Assembly: GCA_951406725.2 (NCBI GenBank)
Contig: OX597835.1
Coordinates: forward strand, 23,994,001-24,058,000
Length of the DNA stretch: 64,000 nucleotides
Source: Octopus vulgaris
Taxonomy: Eukaryota
Reading direction: 5' to 3'
Shown here: piece after piece, positions 39,765 to 54,158 of the stretch
How the letters are laid out: every line of letters starts with the position of its first letter
Position numbering within the stretch: position 1 is the first letter of the stretch
The notes under the pieces: model-generated
Database searches by the model: none
What the model was told of the DNA's origin: nothing
What the model saw: the letters and a program-made list of their open reading frames with translations, nothing else
Program-made: the position numbers and the translations under genes

Positions 39765-40459
39765 CTGTATGTATGTATTTGTACACACACACACACACAT
39801 ATGTGACCCACACACGGGCTATAGCTTCTGATATAAACAGGTTTTATAATTACTAAGAATATCGATTGCTATTTATAGTATTGCGAGCGTTTTCATTAAA
39901 TGTCTCTCATACGATTTTTGTTTGACAACACTGATAAGTGATGATACAATTAGCTTCTTAATGCGTTAGACCGCCGTACAATAGCTGCGACCTTCTTCTC
40001 TTCGTCTGTCCGCCTAGTCGTCACAGATCTGTGTGTACAGTCTTTTTCTTTATTCATTTACGCTATTTGTAGAATCGCAAGGAAGCAACATATATTCTAT
40101 ACGCTTGTATTTTAACAACTACTTACAAATAAGGGTGTGTAAAAATACACACATACACACAAACACACAAACAATGTCGTAAGCATACATCACAGACGCA
40201 CATATACACGTACGTACATACATACAGACGCATATATACACCTACGTACATACATACATACATACATACATACATACATCCATCCATCCATCCATCCATC
40301 CATCCATCCATACATACATACATACATACATACATACATACATCCATCCATCCATCCATCCATCCATCCATACATACATACATACATACATACATACATC
40401 CATCCATCCATCCATCCATCCATCCATCCATCCATCCATCCATACATACATACATATAC

Positions 40460-40855
40460 AATGATTTGGGATAGAGAAGAGAAATTGTGCACAGTTGGGG
40501 AAATTAGCTGCCCAGTGGATGTTAACATAAAACTAAAGATCAGTGAAAAAGCGAACACCTACGCTGGACTATTGAGAAATCTGCGTTTACTCTATCCAGA
40601 TTACAAGTTCAGGTTTATACCTGTAAGTATTGGGGTCCTGGGACATGTAACACAATGCCTAAATACCAATCTTGAGAAATTAGGCTCCTCAAAACCAGAA
40701 AGGAGAAGACTACAATCCCTCACTACGAAGACTACAGATCCAATCCATCAATGGAACTGTAAAAGTCTGTAAAACTTTCCAAAAGTTTATCATTTAAATA
40801 TATATCAATATGTCTAGATATATAACTATATGCATGAGAATACATACATAAAACA
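40460..40855 (+). mobile_element. RLE (R4-like) LINE 3' end within (TACA)n
   Basis: [36 protein letters not shown]...[10 protein letters not shown]: restriction-like endonuclease C-terminus. Confidence 0.8.
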
Positions 40856-41087
40856 TACATACATACATACATACATACATACATGCATACATACATACAT
40901 ACATACATACATACATACATACATACATACATACATAGATATATAAAGGAATTCATGGTAATGTTATACTACTTCGTAATAATCCTTATTATATATATAT
41001 GTATGTATATGTATATATATATATATATGTATATATATGTATGTATATATGTATATATATATAATATATATTTTATATATATATATT

Positions 41088-41118
<31 letters not shown>

Positions 41119-41147
41119 GTACGTATATATGTTTATATATATATTTA

Positions 41148-41277
<130 letters not shown>

Positions 41278-41314
41278 GTATGTATGTATGTATGTATGTA
41301 TGTATGTATGTATT

Positions 41315-41735
41315 TTGATAGCTCTGGAAGAGGGCTCAAATACTGATGTCATCTATTTTGATTTCAGCAAGCCCTTGGACAGGGTAGATCATAAGATCCT
41401 CTTGAAAAAAACTATCCACCATTGGTGTCTCTGGAAAGTTACTAAAATGGATGAAGTGTTTCCTGACAGGCAGAACCCAACACGCTGTAGTCTAAAGAGT
41501 AAAATCGAGCCCAACCAAAGTCAGCAGTGGTGTTCCACAAGGCATTGTGTTGGGCCCACTTCTTTTCCTCATCTGTATCAATGACATTACTGACATCGTC
41601 AAGCACAGAAACATAAGAATCTTTGCAGATGATTCCAAGATCCAGAAGGTCGTCATTGAAGTGGGTGACCAGACATGCCTTCAGTCAGATCTACTGGCTG
41701 TCATCCAATGGGCGGAAAAAATAATATGCTGCTGA
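41315..41735 (+). mobile_element. CR1-clade LINE RT fragment
   Basis: [43 protein letters not shown]. Confidence 0.88.
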
Positions 41736-41778
41736 ACACTCGTCTTCGTAACCGACGGAGTACCAGTTATACTTTATA

Positions 41779-41915
41779 CTACAGCTTCTAAAATTGTACC
41801 TAAACTGTATCTATGACTTCTAATACGGTACCTACACACTATCATTGGCTTCTAATACGATACGTAGTTACTGTATCTCTAGCTTCCAATACGGTACCTA
41901 AGCTCTGTATCTATA
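41779..41915. repeat. ~32-bp minisatellite (gcttctaatacggtaccta..ctgtatct), ~4 units
   Basis: Direct reading. Confidence 0.7.
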
Positions 41916-41929
41916 CGGTTTGCCGTCAA

Positions 41930-42500
41930 GAATTCACAACAAACCTGCATTGGAGATCAGCAAAATGATGGAATGCACAATTTTCTCTCGTGGTTGCTAT
42001 GGAAATGATACTGGGTGACGCAAGAAGCAACTAACTAGAAATGAAGATCGGAAGACTCCTTGCATTGCCACAGTTGTGCGTTTTATGGATGACTTCACTG
42101 CTGTAGTGTAAGCTAAAATAGAAGCAAAAGTCTCCGAGACCAACTGAATGAATTATTCCAACAATATCGATTCCATACCAAAGCCAAGAATAGTCGCAGT
42201 CAGACCATAATGTAACGGAATTCCATCGCGATAATGAAAAGAGTAGATTCTAAAGATAAAGAACCAGGATGCTGAGTAATGTCGACCGTATCAACACAGT
42301 TCTCTTGAATAATGCTAAGAAGGGGGCCTTGGGATCGAGGCCAGGTTGAGATAGGCATTGCCACACACAGATGCAATTTGGTACGATAGTCAAGGGTATT
42401 AATATGGCCCTCGGCCAAGGATCTCATGATCATTCCATTACGAGGTTATTCTGACCAATCTATTCCGAGGCACTTATGACCACTCCATTGATTAAAGGAA
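41930..42500 (+). mobile_element. Highly degenerate HERO/RLE-type LINE RT remnant
   Basis: LEISKMMECTI..VVAMEMIL, VRFMDDFTAVV, LNELF...KAKNSRS resemble GIMMGCTISP..FV.AME / FMDDLT / FKPKKSRS. Confidence 0.5.
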
Positions 42501-42559
42501 GGCGATCTCATTAACGAGAGTAGACAGAATGGAAAGCCATCTTTTGTGGGTTTTTTTAA

Positions 42560-42816
42560 TCTTTTACTTGTTTCAGTCCCTTTGACTGTTGTCATGCTGG
42601 GGCACCACCCTGAAGGGTTTTAGTCGAACAAATCGATCCCAAGGCTTATTTTTTTTTAAAGCCTAGAACATATTCTATCAGTCTCTTTTGTCGAACCGCT
42701 AAGTTACGTGGACGTAAAAATACCAACACCGGTTGTCAAACGGTGGTGGGGAACAAGCACAGACACAATGATTCACACACACACATGGATGAATATATAT
42801 CATATATATATATGTG

Positions 42817-42865
<49 letters not shown>

Positions 42866-42879
42866 TTTATACATACATA

Positions 42880-42942
<63 letters not shown>

Positions 42943-43279
42943 TATAGAAGGAGCTTCTACAGGACTAGAACTATAAATGAATATATCATAGGAAAAATTA
43001 ATAAATGTAAGGAAATGAAGAGTTAAAGATATATAGTTAATTTATTTGCATCATTTTTTTTTTGTTTGTAACATATAAACACACAAAAAAATTTAAAAAA
43101 CACAATAGAAGACTCAAAACCTACATATGATTCGATTCTGGCCCTTTTCAAAGCATTTGGGTTTAAATCCAATGTTAAGAATTTTAGCTGTAAAGGGTAG
43201 AATCTCTTCAGGGTTTTCGCTTTTAATAATACTAACGAAGGTTACATCTTACTTGAAGGAATTCAATTTCACAACTATA

Positions 43280-43347
<68 letters not shown>

Positions 43348-43575
43348 TACATACATACATACATACATACATACATACATACATACATACATACATACAT
43401 ACATACATACATACATACATACATACGGCGGGCTACTTTCAGTTCTCGTCTACCAGATTCACTCACAAGACTTTGGTCGGCCTGAAGCTTTAGTAGAAGA
43501 CACATGCCCAAGGAACTATCCGGAACCGTGTGGCTGGGAAGCAGGCTCTTTATCACACAACCAGGCTTGCGCCTA
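42560..43575 (-). mobile_element. SINE-A split by an insertion in its microsatellite hinge
   Basis: 3' half at 42560-42790, 5' half at 43425-43575, unrelated insert at 42945-43275. Confidence 0.75.
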
Positions 43576-43671
43576 TGCTAAAAGGTCCTGCGAAAGTGGT
43601 ACGGTTTCGCCGAATCTTCATAAGAGTTGGACTGTATAGTATTAGCCAATGGCAGTTCATCATGAATGCAA

Positions 43672-44660
43672 GGCGGCGAACTGGCAGAATGGTAAGCACG
43701 CCGGACAAAATGCTTAGAAGCGTTTCTTCCGGTTCTTCACATTCTGAATTCAAAATACCACCCAGGTCAACTTTGTCTTCCATCCTTTCGGTGTAGATGA
43801 AATAAGTACCAGTTGAGTACTGGGGTCAATATAATCGATCAGACCGTTCCACCCCTAAAAGTTCATGCCTTGTACCTATGAGCCTATGATAGAAAGTATG
43901 GCGAGCTAGCAGAATCGTTGGCGTGTCGGGCTAAACGCTTAGCGGAATTACTTCTGGCTCTTTACATTCTCTTTACATTCTGGGTTCAAATTCCGCTGAA
44001 GTCGATTTTGCCTTTCATCCTTTCGGGGTAGATGGCAGAAACGCTAAGACGCCGGGCGAAATTCTTAGCGGTATTTCGGGGTCGATAAATTAAGTACCAG
44101 TTATGCACTAGGGTCGATATAATCAATTTAATCCGTTTGTCTGTCCTTGTTCGTCCCCTCTGTGTTTAGCCCCTTGTGGGTAGTAAAGAAATAGGTATTT
44201 CGTCTGTCTTTATGTTCTGAGTTCAGATTCCGCTGAGGTCGACTTAGCCTTTCATCCTTTCGGGGTCGATAAATTAAGTACCAGTTACGCACTAGGGTCG
44301 ATATAATCAACTTAATCCGTTTGTCTGTCCTTGTTCGTCCCCTCTGTGTTTAGCCCCTTGTGGGTAGTAAAGAAATAGGTATTTCGTCTGTCTTTATGTT
44401 CTGAGTTCAGATTCCGCTGAGGTCGACTTTGCCTTTCATCCTTTCGGGGTCGATTAAATAAGTACCAGTTACGCACTGAGGTCGACTTAGCCTTTCATTC
44501 TTTCGGGGTCGATAAATTAAGTACCAGTTGCGTACTGGGGTCCATCTAATCGACTGACCCTCTCCCACCAAAATTTTGGGCCTTGTGCCTTGTGCCTAAC
44601 GTAGAAAAGAAAATAGTAGCCCTTTCTTCACATTTCAGCCCTTGTGCCTGTTGTTGAAAG
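43672..44660 (+). mobile_element. SINE-B cluster with ~184-bp tandem units
   Basis: Junctions aaagaaatag|gtatttcgtctg at ~44194 and ~44378. Confidence 0.9.
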
Positions 44661-45054
44661 ATAAAGGACCAAAACTGTGAGGCAGATCAAATCCTCGACA
44701 AGAAGTCAAACAAAATAGTTGTTGCGTGGGAATTACAGCTGCTCTTGTTGTTGATTGGTATCTGGCTGGATAACAGGGTCGCAATTTATTCATATCTAGG
44801 CTGAAAAAAAAAATGAAGACAACAACAACTACAAGAACAACAAGCCTGCTCGTTTCTCTATTTGTATCAATATATAGCTCGGCACTTTTTAGTGGGGACG
44901 ATAACGTAGGAAGTTATTGAAATCGTTGTTATATTAAGTCGATAACAGATGAAGGAAATATGCCGCTGCGTTGACTATATTTAGAATATGTAATTACATG
45001 CGTCACACACACGCACGGATGCAAGAATGATCGAATGAATGGATGGATGAAGGA

Positions 45055-45672
45055 ATGTGTGTATGTGTGTGTGTATGTGTGTATCTATGTGTGCATGTAA
45101 TAATGTGTATGTACGTATGTGTGTATGTATATATGCATGTATGTATATATGCATGAATGTATGTATTTATGTGTGCATGTATGCGTGTATGCGTGTATGC
45201 ATGCATGCATGCATGGAGGTATGCATGCATGCATGTATGCAGGTATGCATGCATGTATGTATTATGTGTGTGTATGCATGTATGTATGCATGCATGTAGA
45301 TATGTATGTATGCTTGTATGTATGCTTGTATGTATGTATGCCTGTATGTATGCATGCATGTGCGTATGCATGCAGGTATGTATGTATGTATGTATCTATA
45401 TATGTATGTATGTATGCATGCAGGTATGCATGTATATGTGCATGTATGTGTGTATGTATATATGCATGCAGGTATGTATGTATGCATGTATGTATCTATA
45501 TATGTATGTATGCATGCAGGTATGCAGGTATGCATGTATGCATGTATGCATGTATATGTGCATGTATGTGTGTATGTATGTATGCATGCAGGTATGTATG
45601 TATGCATGTATGTTTGTATGCGTGTATATACTATATATGCATGCATGCATGTATGTATGTATGTATGTATGT
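45055..45672. repeat. Degenerate (GTAT/GCAT)n microsatellite
   Basis: Direct reading. Confidence 0.9.
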
Positions 45673-47116
45673 AAGTGCATAGTGCGTCAGCTGTTTGAGA
45701 ACAAAATTTGTAAAACCCATAAGCGTAAGTGTATCGGGATAAAAGAGTAAAGATCCCCTTCGGTCATGAAGGGATTGCACCTAGAAAGTTCCCTTACAAG
45801 ACGCAAGTCCGGGCAAGGTTGTTTATGGAAGACCAGCAGTCGCCCATACATACCAGCCTCCCCTCTACACACCACCGATGTTATCCAAGAGAAAGACAAA
45901 GGGTCAGATACAGCTTAGTGAACTGAAGCAACGTGAAAGAAAGTATTTGCTCAAGAGCACGAGAGCCTGGTCTGGGAGTCGAACTCACTACCTCATGATT
46001 GAGAGCCCGACGCTCTAACCACTGAGCTATGCGCCTTCACAAGTGTATTAGTAGTTCAAATGTTAACTAAATATCTTCTCTTTTGTTAATTCCAACACGG
46101 AATTTTCTTCGAATGTAACGCAGATGATGGAAAAGTGTGTCGTTCTCGTCACTTCAGCCTCTAATCCTTGTGATTCTGAGACTGCAAACTTCTTAAGTAT
46201 CACCGAGTCCTTTGAGATTAGAAAAGACCTCTGAGAGGACAAAGTGTCTTCTGTGGACAAAAGACGAAGAAAAAAAAAGAAACATTCTCGATGGCCACAC
46301 ACTGTTAGAAAAGTCGAATTTGTTCATCAAACTCGCCTGGTCTGAAAATCGAAACCACAATATTACGATCATGAGTCCAGCACCCTAACCACTAAGCCAC
46401 GACCTGTATGTATAACCATTAAGCCACGACCTGTATGTATAAAAATATATTGGTTTTCCTAATAAATATTTTTGTTTCCCTGACATAAAAATCTCGTTCG
46501 CAAGAAGCTTTCGCGCCCTGTATGTACACAAGCCCACGGCATGTTGGCAGAGTCGTTAGAGCGTCAGAAAAAAAAGGTGGCCTTGCATTATTCGTTTGTC
46601 TTTCTTTTCTGCAATTAAAGTTCAAATCTCACCAAGGCTAACATTTCTTTCGTCCGTTTTAGAATTAAAGTCCCTGTCCATTTACTGGATAAAGTCCTCC
46701 TACTTTCCGCCTCTTCACTTCCTCTCCCTCTCACTCTCTCTCTCTCTATTTCAATCTGTCTGTCACCCCGTCTCTCTCACTCTCTCTCTCTCTCTCTTTC
46801 TCTTTCTCACTCGCACATTCTCGCTAGAATCGGTACTATCGGTTATGTTCAGATCTCGAGAGGAAAGAACTCCATCAGGTTTTGAAATTGTCAGACCCAA
46901 TGTGTGTGTGTGTGTGTTATTGTTCTTCTATGTTCAGTGTTGTCACAATCAATATGTCGTGCATTATATATATATATATCCGTATGGATGTATGTATTAC
47001 GCAACGTGCCTCTATTGTTAATAGTTCACCCCTACCCGTCCTCCCCACTCGATTTTCGTTTTGTTGTTCTGAATGTCAGATGAGATTTGAAACGTGTGCG
47101 TGCATATATGAGCCTC

Positions 47117-47410
<294 letters not shown>

Positions 47411-47495
47411 GATCCGGTTTCTGACTGAAGATTAAAGGCTTCGAATGACCTGTCTGTTTTCTGTGTTCGTCTCTTTATATATAAATTTTTATTCC

Positions 47496-47549
<54 letters not shown>

Positions 47550-47731
47550 CATACACACACACACACACACACATAAATGCGCATATGGATATCTCTTTAT
47601 ATTCGAATATGTACGTGGGTGTATATATGTGCATATATATTTATACGTCCATACATACATATATATCTACATCTATATATCTCCATCTGTCTATCTGTTT
47701 ACCTGTCTACCTGTCTGTCTGTCTATTTGTA

Positions 47732-47769
<38 letters not shown>

Positions 47770-47792
47770 CGGGAAGCTTTATGAAAATAGAC

Positions 47793-47839
<47 letters not shown>

Positions 47840-48228
47840 GTAGTATACACACAATATTCCCGAATGTCCAGTTTCCACGACATTTTCGCCAAATGCTATT
47901 TGTAGTATTTGCTTTTGAAATGTCCAGAGCTTAAACTGATATCATATTTTATTTCATTTCGTTTACTTATTTACTCTTTTTTTCATGCTAATAGTTTGGT
48001 ATTTTGGTTTGAGAATAAGGTGAAGTACTATTAAACACGACGGACAATAGAGCCAGAAGCGGTGGGAGTAGTGGAGAAGAGGGAGGTGTAGTAGAGAAGA
48101 AAAAAAAAACGCTTTGTACAGCAGACGTCAGAAATGACATTTTTCTCCGCTCAGCTCGTCAGCAGAGGGACATACGCTGATTGTCACAAGGCGCCATATT
48201 TTAAATATTAATTCAGCAAAAACGTTCA

Positions 48229-48645
48229 GGTGGTGGTGGTGGAGGTGGTGGTGGTCGTCGTCGTCGTCGCCGTCGCCGCCGTCGTTGTCGTCGTCGTCGT
48301 CCTCCTCTTCCTCCTCCTCCTCCTCCTCCTCCCCTTCTCCCCTCTTCCACCCCTCCCCTTCCTCCTCCTCCACTTCTCCCTTCTTCCATCTCCTCTTCCT
48401 CCTCCCCTCCTCCTCTCCCACTACCTCCTCCTCCCTCCTCAACCTCCCCCCCCTCCTCCTCCTCCTCATCATCATTATCATCACCATCATCACTATTATC
48501 ATCATTATCATCGTCATCACCATCATCATCGTCATCATCATCACCGTCATCATCATCACCATCATCACCATTATCATCATCATCATCATCATCATCATCA
48601 CCATCATCATCACCACCACCATCATCATCATCATCATCATCATCA
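48229..48645. repeat. Mixed triplet tract (GGT/CGT/CCT/CAT)
   Basis: Direct reading. Confidence 0.9.
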
Positions 48646-49009
48646 ACCGCAGAACATTACTGTTTAGAGTCCTAAGACACATGGGGGCCGGTCAAGCCGG
48701 TTTCCTATATCACTGAAAATAAAAATGTTACTCATTTACATCGGAGTGGACTGTGTAACAAGGTGAATTCAAGTGTTTTGCTCGAGAACATAACGGTCTG
48801 GGAATCGAAACCGTGGTCTTGCGATCGTGAGTGCAATACCCTAACCTCTTTCAGTTCGTGGCCTATCGGCAGCTGTACAATTCTGACGAGCGTTTCGTCG
48901 ATGCCCACGCTACAGTTTCAAAAACAACAAGTTATATAAAGTAAATAATGCAAATGTTTCTAACGTAGACAGAAAGCCAACAATACTTTAAGGGAAAGAT
49001 GCTACCGCG

Positions 49010-49700
49010 GTTCACTTTGCTGTCCGTCTTTTCGGGGTCGATAAATAAGTACCAGTTAAACATCGACCTACCCCTTCTCCTTAAATTGCAGGCCTTGTGC
49101 CAAAATTTGAAATCATTGAATAAGGTGCTCAGCTGGCAGAATCGTTAGCACGCCGGGCGAAATGCTTAGCGGTATTTCGTCTGTCTTTATGTTCTGAGTT
49201 CAAATTCCGCCGAGGTTGACTTTGCCTTTCATCCTTTCGGAGTCGATTAAATAAGTACCAGTTATGCACTGGGGTCGATATAATCGACTTAATCCGTTTG
49301 TCTGTCCTTGCTTGTCCTCTCTGTGTTTAGCCCCTTGTGGGTAGTAAAGAAATAGGTATTTCGTCTGTCTTTACGTTCTGAGTTCAAATTCCACCGAGGT
49401 TGACTTTGTTTCATCCTTTCGGGGACGATAAATTAAATACCATTTGCGTACTGGGGTCGATCTAATCGACTGGCCCCTTCCCTAAAAATTTCGGGCCTTG
49501 TACCTAGAGCAGAAAAAAGAATAGTAAGCACGCCGGGCGAAATGCTTAATGGCATTTCTGAGTTCAAATTGAGCCGAGGTCAACTTTGCCTTTCATCCTT
49601 TTAGAGTCGATAAAATAAATACCACTCGAGTAAAGGGGGTCGTTGTAATCGCCTTACACCCTCCCCCAAAATTGCTGGCGTTGTTCCAATATTTTTAATT
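49010..49700 (+). mobile_element. SINE-B cluster including a dimer
   Basis: Junction aaagaaatag|gtatttcg at ~49355. Confidence 0.88.
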
Positions 49701-50018
49701 AATATTTTAAAGGAAAGGTGCTGTCAGTTACATCAATCCCAGCACTGAATGGGAACTTTTTTCTTTCTTTCTTTCTTTTTTTTTTTTTTGGTCTAGGAAT
49801 GAATGGATTCCTGCGAAATTTCAATTCAGAACATAAAAAGCCGGAACAAAAACTGTCACGTGTATTTCCCATATTCTGAAAATACAACCAATCCGCGGTC
49901 GGTGGATGGTAGAGAAAAGAACAATTCAGTAAGAATAATGACAATAACATCCGGCTTTTAAAGATAGCTTTAATATCACCAGCTTTGATATTAAACACAC
50001 ACACAAATGAATAAGTAA

Positions 50019-50077
<59 letters not shown>

Positions 50078-50080
<3 letters not shown>

Positions 50081-50449
50081 ATACATACATACATACATAC
50101 ATACATACATACATACATACATACATACAGACATACATACATACATACATACATACTTACATAGATAGATACATAGATAGATACATACATACATACATAC
50201 ATACATACATACATACATAGATACATACATACATACATACATACATACATACATACATACATACATACATACATACATACATACATACATACATACATAC
50301 ATACATACATACATACATACATACATACATACATACATACATACATACATACATAGATAGATACATACATACATACATACATACATACATACATACATAC
50401 ATACTTACATACATACATACATACATTCATACATACATACATACATACA

Positions 50450-50480
<31 letters not shown>

Positions 50481-50837
50481 CATACATACATACATACATA
50501 CATACTACATACATACATACATACATACATACACACATACATACATACATACATACATACATACATACACACACACATACATACATACATACATACATAC
50601 ATACATACATACATACATACATACATACATACATACATACATACATACATACATACATACATACATACATACATACATACATACATACATACATACATAC
50701 ATACATACATACATACATACATACATACATACATACATACATACATACATACATACATACATACATACATACATACATACATACATACATACATACATAC
50801 ATACATACATTACATACATACATACATACATACATAC

Positions 50838-50868
<31 letters not shown>

Positions 50869-50921
50869 CATACATACATACATACATACATACATACATA
50901 CATACATACATACATACATAC
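50078..50921. repeat. (TACA)n, ~840 bp
   Basis: Direct reading. Confidence 0.97.
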
Positions 50922-51478
50922 AGTTGTGGAAACCAGCTGCTCAGCGGATGTTAACATAAAGCTGAAGATCAGTGAAAAAGAATATCTATGTTTGAACTAT
51001 TGAGAAATCTGCAGTTACTTTATCCAGATTACAAGTTCAGATTTACACCTGTATTTTGGGGGTGGGGGAGAGGGGAGCACTGGGATATGTAACAGAATGC
51101 CTAAATACCAATCTTGAGAAATTAGGATTCTCAAAACCAGAAAAGTGACAGCTGATTCGAAGACTACAGATCCAAGCCGTCAGTGGAACTGTAAAAATCT
51201 GTAAAACCTTTCAGAAGTCTATCATTTAAGTATACATGAGCATGTCTAGACATGCAACTATATGCATGAGAATACATACATAAAACAAAAGATACAAATC
51301 TGCACGTACGCATACGTACATACATACATGCATACATACATACATACATACGTACGTACGTACATACATACATACAAAAATACCCTGTTGATGTTGAAAT
51401 TCCAATGAAGAAGCCTTGGATCTATGTTAGAAAGCGGCTCTTTATTGGCAATAAACCTTGAAATAAACTGAATAATGA
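50921..51478 (+). mobile_element. RLE LINE 3' end, second copy, in (TACA)n
   Basis: Homologous to 40490-40855 and extends into a longer 3'UTR. Confidence 0.8.
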
Positions 51479-51792
51479 CATACACACACACACATACATA
51501 CATACATACATACATACATACATACATACATACATACATACATACATACATACATACATACATACATACATACATACATACATGCATGCATGCATACGTA
51601 CGTACGTACGTATATATAATTAAATGATTATGATCTTCAAGTATGAAAGAGAAATTAGATAAGGATTTGTAGATTTATAAGGTTATTAGGGATTACCTAA
51701 GGGGTATTGTGAAAATATACTGCATGGTTGTTTAGGCATTTGTATTTGTGGTAGAATTTGAATGTGTGAAAAAAGCGGTGGTTGCATGTGCT

Positions 51793-52224
51793 TAGGGCCT
51801 CATTGTGTTTATTTAGCAGAGCTGGAAGAGTATATATAATTCAACCAGGTCATTGACCTGAGCGGAATCAGATGATCCCATGGTTATGTCAAATAGGTTG
51901 CTGTGTTTATTGTTATGGTGATTGGCCTGGCACCAGAGTTTGTCCTCAAAAGATATAAGGTTTCTGCTTTTATTAAGTATTATGTTAATTTCTAGTGGGG
52001 TTAGGTTAGTAAGGTTCTTAGCTAGAAGAAGAGCTTGATTTAGAAGCTTAGGAGAAATAGAAGAGTGGTAATTATTTATGTCGAATTGTTGGATGTAAAT
52101 ACGAGTTTTTGTTGTTTAGAAGATAGAACCACGCAATGACTTCGCCTGTATGGGACCATAGGTTAACATTTAGTCTGTCCTTAACGATTGGTATTATTTA
52201 CACACACACATATATATATATATG

Positions 52225-52303
<79 letters not shown>

Positions 52304-52701
52304 AATACCAATCGTTAAGGACAGACTAAATGTTAACCTATGGTCCCATACAGGCGAAGTCATTGCGTGGTTCTATCTTCTAAACAACAAAAACTCGTAT
52401 TTACATCCAACAATTCGACATAAATAATTACTACTCTTCTATTTCTCCTAAGCTTCTAAATCAAGCTCTTCTTCTAGCTAAAAACCTTACTAACCTGGCC
52501 CCACTAGAAATTAACATAATACTTAATGACCGCAGAAACCTTATATCTTTTGAGGACAAACTCTGGTGCCAGGCCAATCACCATAACAATAAACACAGCA
52601 ACCTATTTGACATAACCATGGGATCATCTGATTCCGCTCAGGTCACTGACCTGGTTGGGCTATATATACTCTTCCAGTTCTGCTAAATAAACACAATGAG
52701 G

Positions 52702-52706
<5 letters not shown>
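51793..52706. mobile_element. Inverted duplication (foldback) of a Penelope-like RT fragment
   Basis: Arms 51793-52200 and 52299-52706, ~97% identical; + strand of right arm gives NLWSHTGEVIAWF / QFDINNYYSSISPKLLNQAL / FDITMGSSDSAQVTDLVGLYIL. Confidence 0.9.
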
Positions 52707-52792
<86 letters not shown>

Positions 52793-53557
52793 GTCGTCAT
52801 CTCCAAAGATAAGATATATATGTTTATGTTACATGATTGCAATTGGGTTATCTATAGAGATAAAGACATTGTGCAGCTGAAAAAGTTGATATGCAGCATG
52901 ACTAATATCAGGTGATTGCAAGAGGAGAAGGGAATAAATCACTGTAAGGAAACCTTTACGTGGTCATCGGTTTACTAGAAATAGCAGCTAAATATCTTTT
53001 AAATTGACGCCCTACCATCTATGAATAGAAAAAAAAGCCATGTTGGCTAGAGTAGTCCTATATACGCTATGTCTAACCTGCGTCAGAGCCTTCCGAGCAC
53101 GCATCGGCCGCAGTCGGTCACAGTCGGACGCACCATAACCCCTCTTCTCCTCCCCTGTGATGTCCTGGTTATCGTCGACAACGACGAACGAGCATTATGC
53201 ATTATTATGTCTGAATCAATTTAATGAGAGTTTTCTACCGGCTGGAGCGTCTCTGTCAGATGGAGGGCCGCCAGAGATTGAGTGAAAAATTATTGAAAAA
53301 CTCACGTGGGGGAATCACACTACTACTCGTAGCCCAGGCGCTGTACTGTCTTAAGACACGGGCGCACTGGACGGTAACCTCCACTGGGGCGGTGTCCCGG
53401 ATTTATAGGTTCAACACGAACCTATGTATGCTGTGATTATTTGCGTAGAGGCCCCCGCAGCATTTCTTTTCCCGGTGGTCCACAATGCTATCAAGAACGG
53501 CCCTGCCCAGAGCCATAGAAAAGTTTCATCTGGCTCAACCCATTATCCCAATATATC

Positions 53558-54158
53558 TGTTTCTTTACTCCCCACAAGGGGCTAAACACAGAGAGGACAA
53601 ACAAAGACAGACAAACGGATTAAGACGATTACATCGACCCCAGTGCGTAACTGGTGCTTAATTTATCGACCCCGAAAGGATGAAAGGCAAAGTCGACCTC
53701 GACGGAATTTGAACTCAGAACGTAATGGCAGGCGAAATACGTATTTCTTTATTACCCACAAGGGGCTAAACATAGAGGGGACAAACAAGGACAGACATAG
53801 GTATTAAGTCGATTACATCGACCCCAGTGCGTAACTGGTACTTAATTTATCGACTCCGAAAGGATGAAAGGCAAAGTCGACCTCGACGGAATTTGAACTC
53901 AGAACGTAATGGCAGACGAAATACGTATTTCTTTATTACCCACAAGGGGCTAAACATAGAGGGGACAAACAAGGACAGACATAGGTATTAAGTCGATTAC
54001 ATCGACCCCAGTGCGTAACTGGTACTTAATTTATCGACTCCGAAAGGATGAAAGGCAAAGTCGACCTCGACGGAATTTGAACTCAGAACGTAACGGCAGA
54101 CGAAATCCGGCTACGCATTTCGTCCGACGTGCTAACGTTTCTGCCAGCTCGCCACCTT
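53558..54158 (-). mobile_element. SINE-B trimer with 19-bp TSD
   Basis: cccattatcccaatatatc at 53539-53557 and 54159-54177; three ~184-bp units but one head. Confidence 0.92.

Noticed and set aside
41993-42006. RFX X-box-like motif GTTGCTATGGAAAT
   Set aside because: Lies within the VVAMEMIL codons of a degenerate LINE RT; no promoter context
48128-48716. Acidic/His-rich low-complexity protein
   Set aside because: Mixed triplet microsatellite open in several frames on both strands
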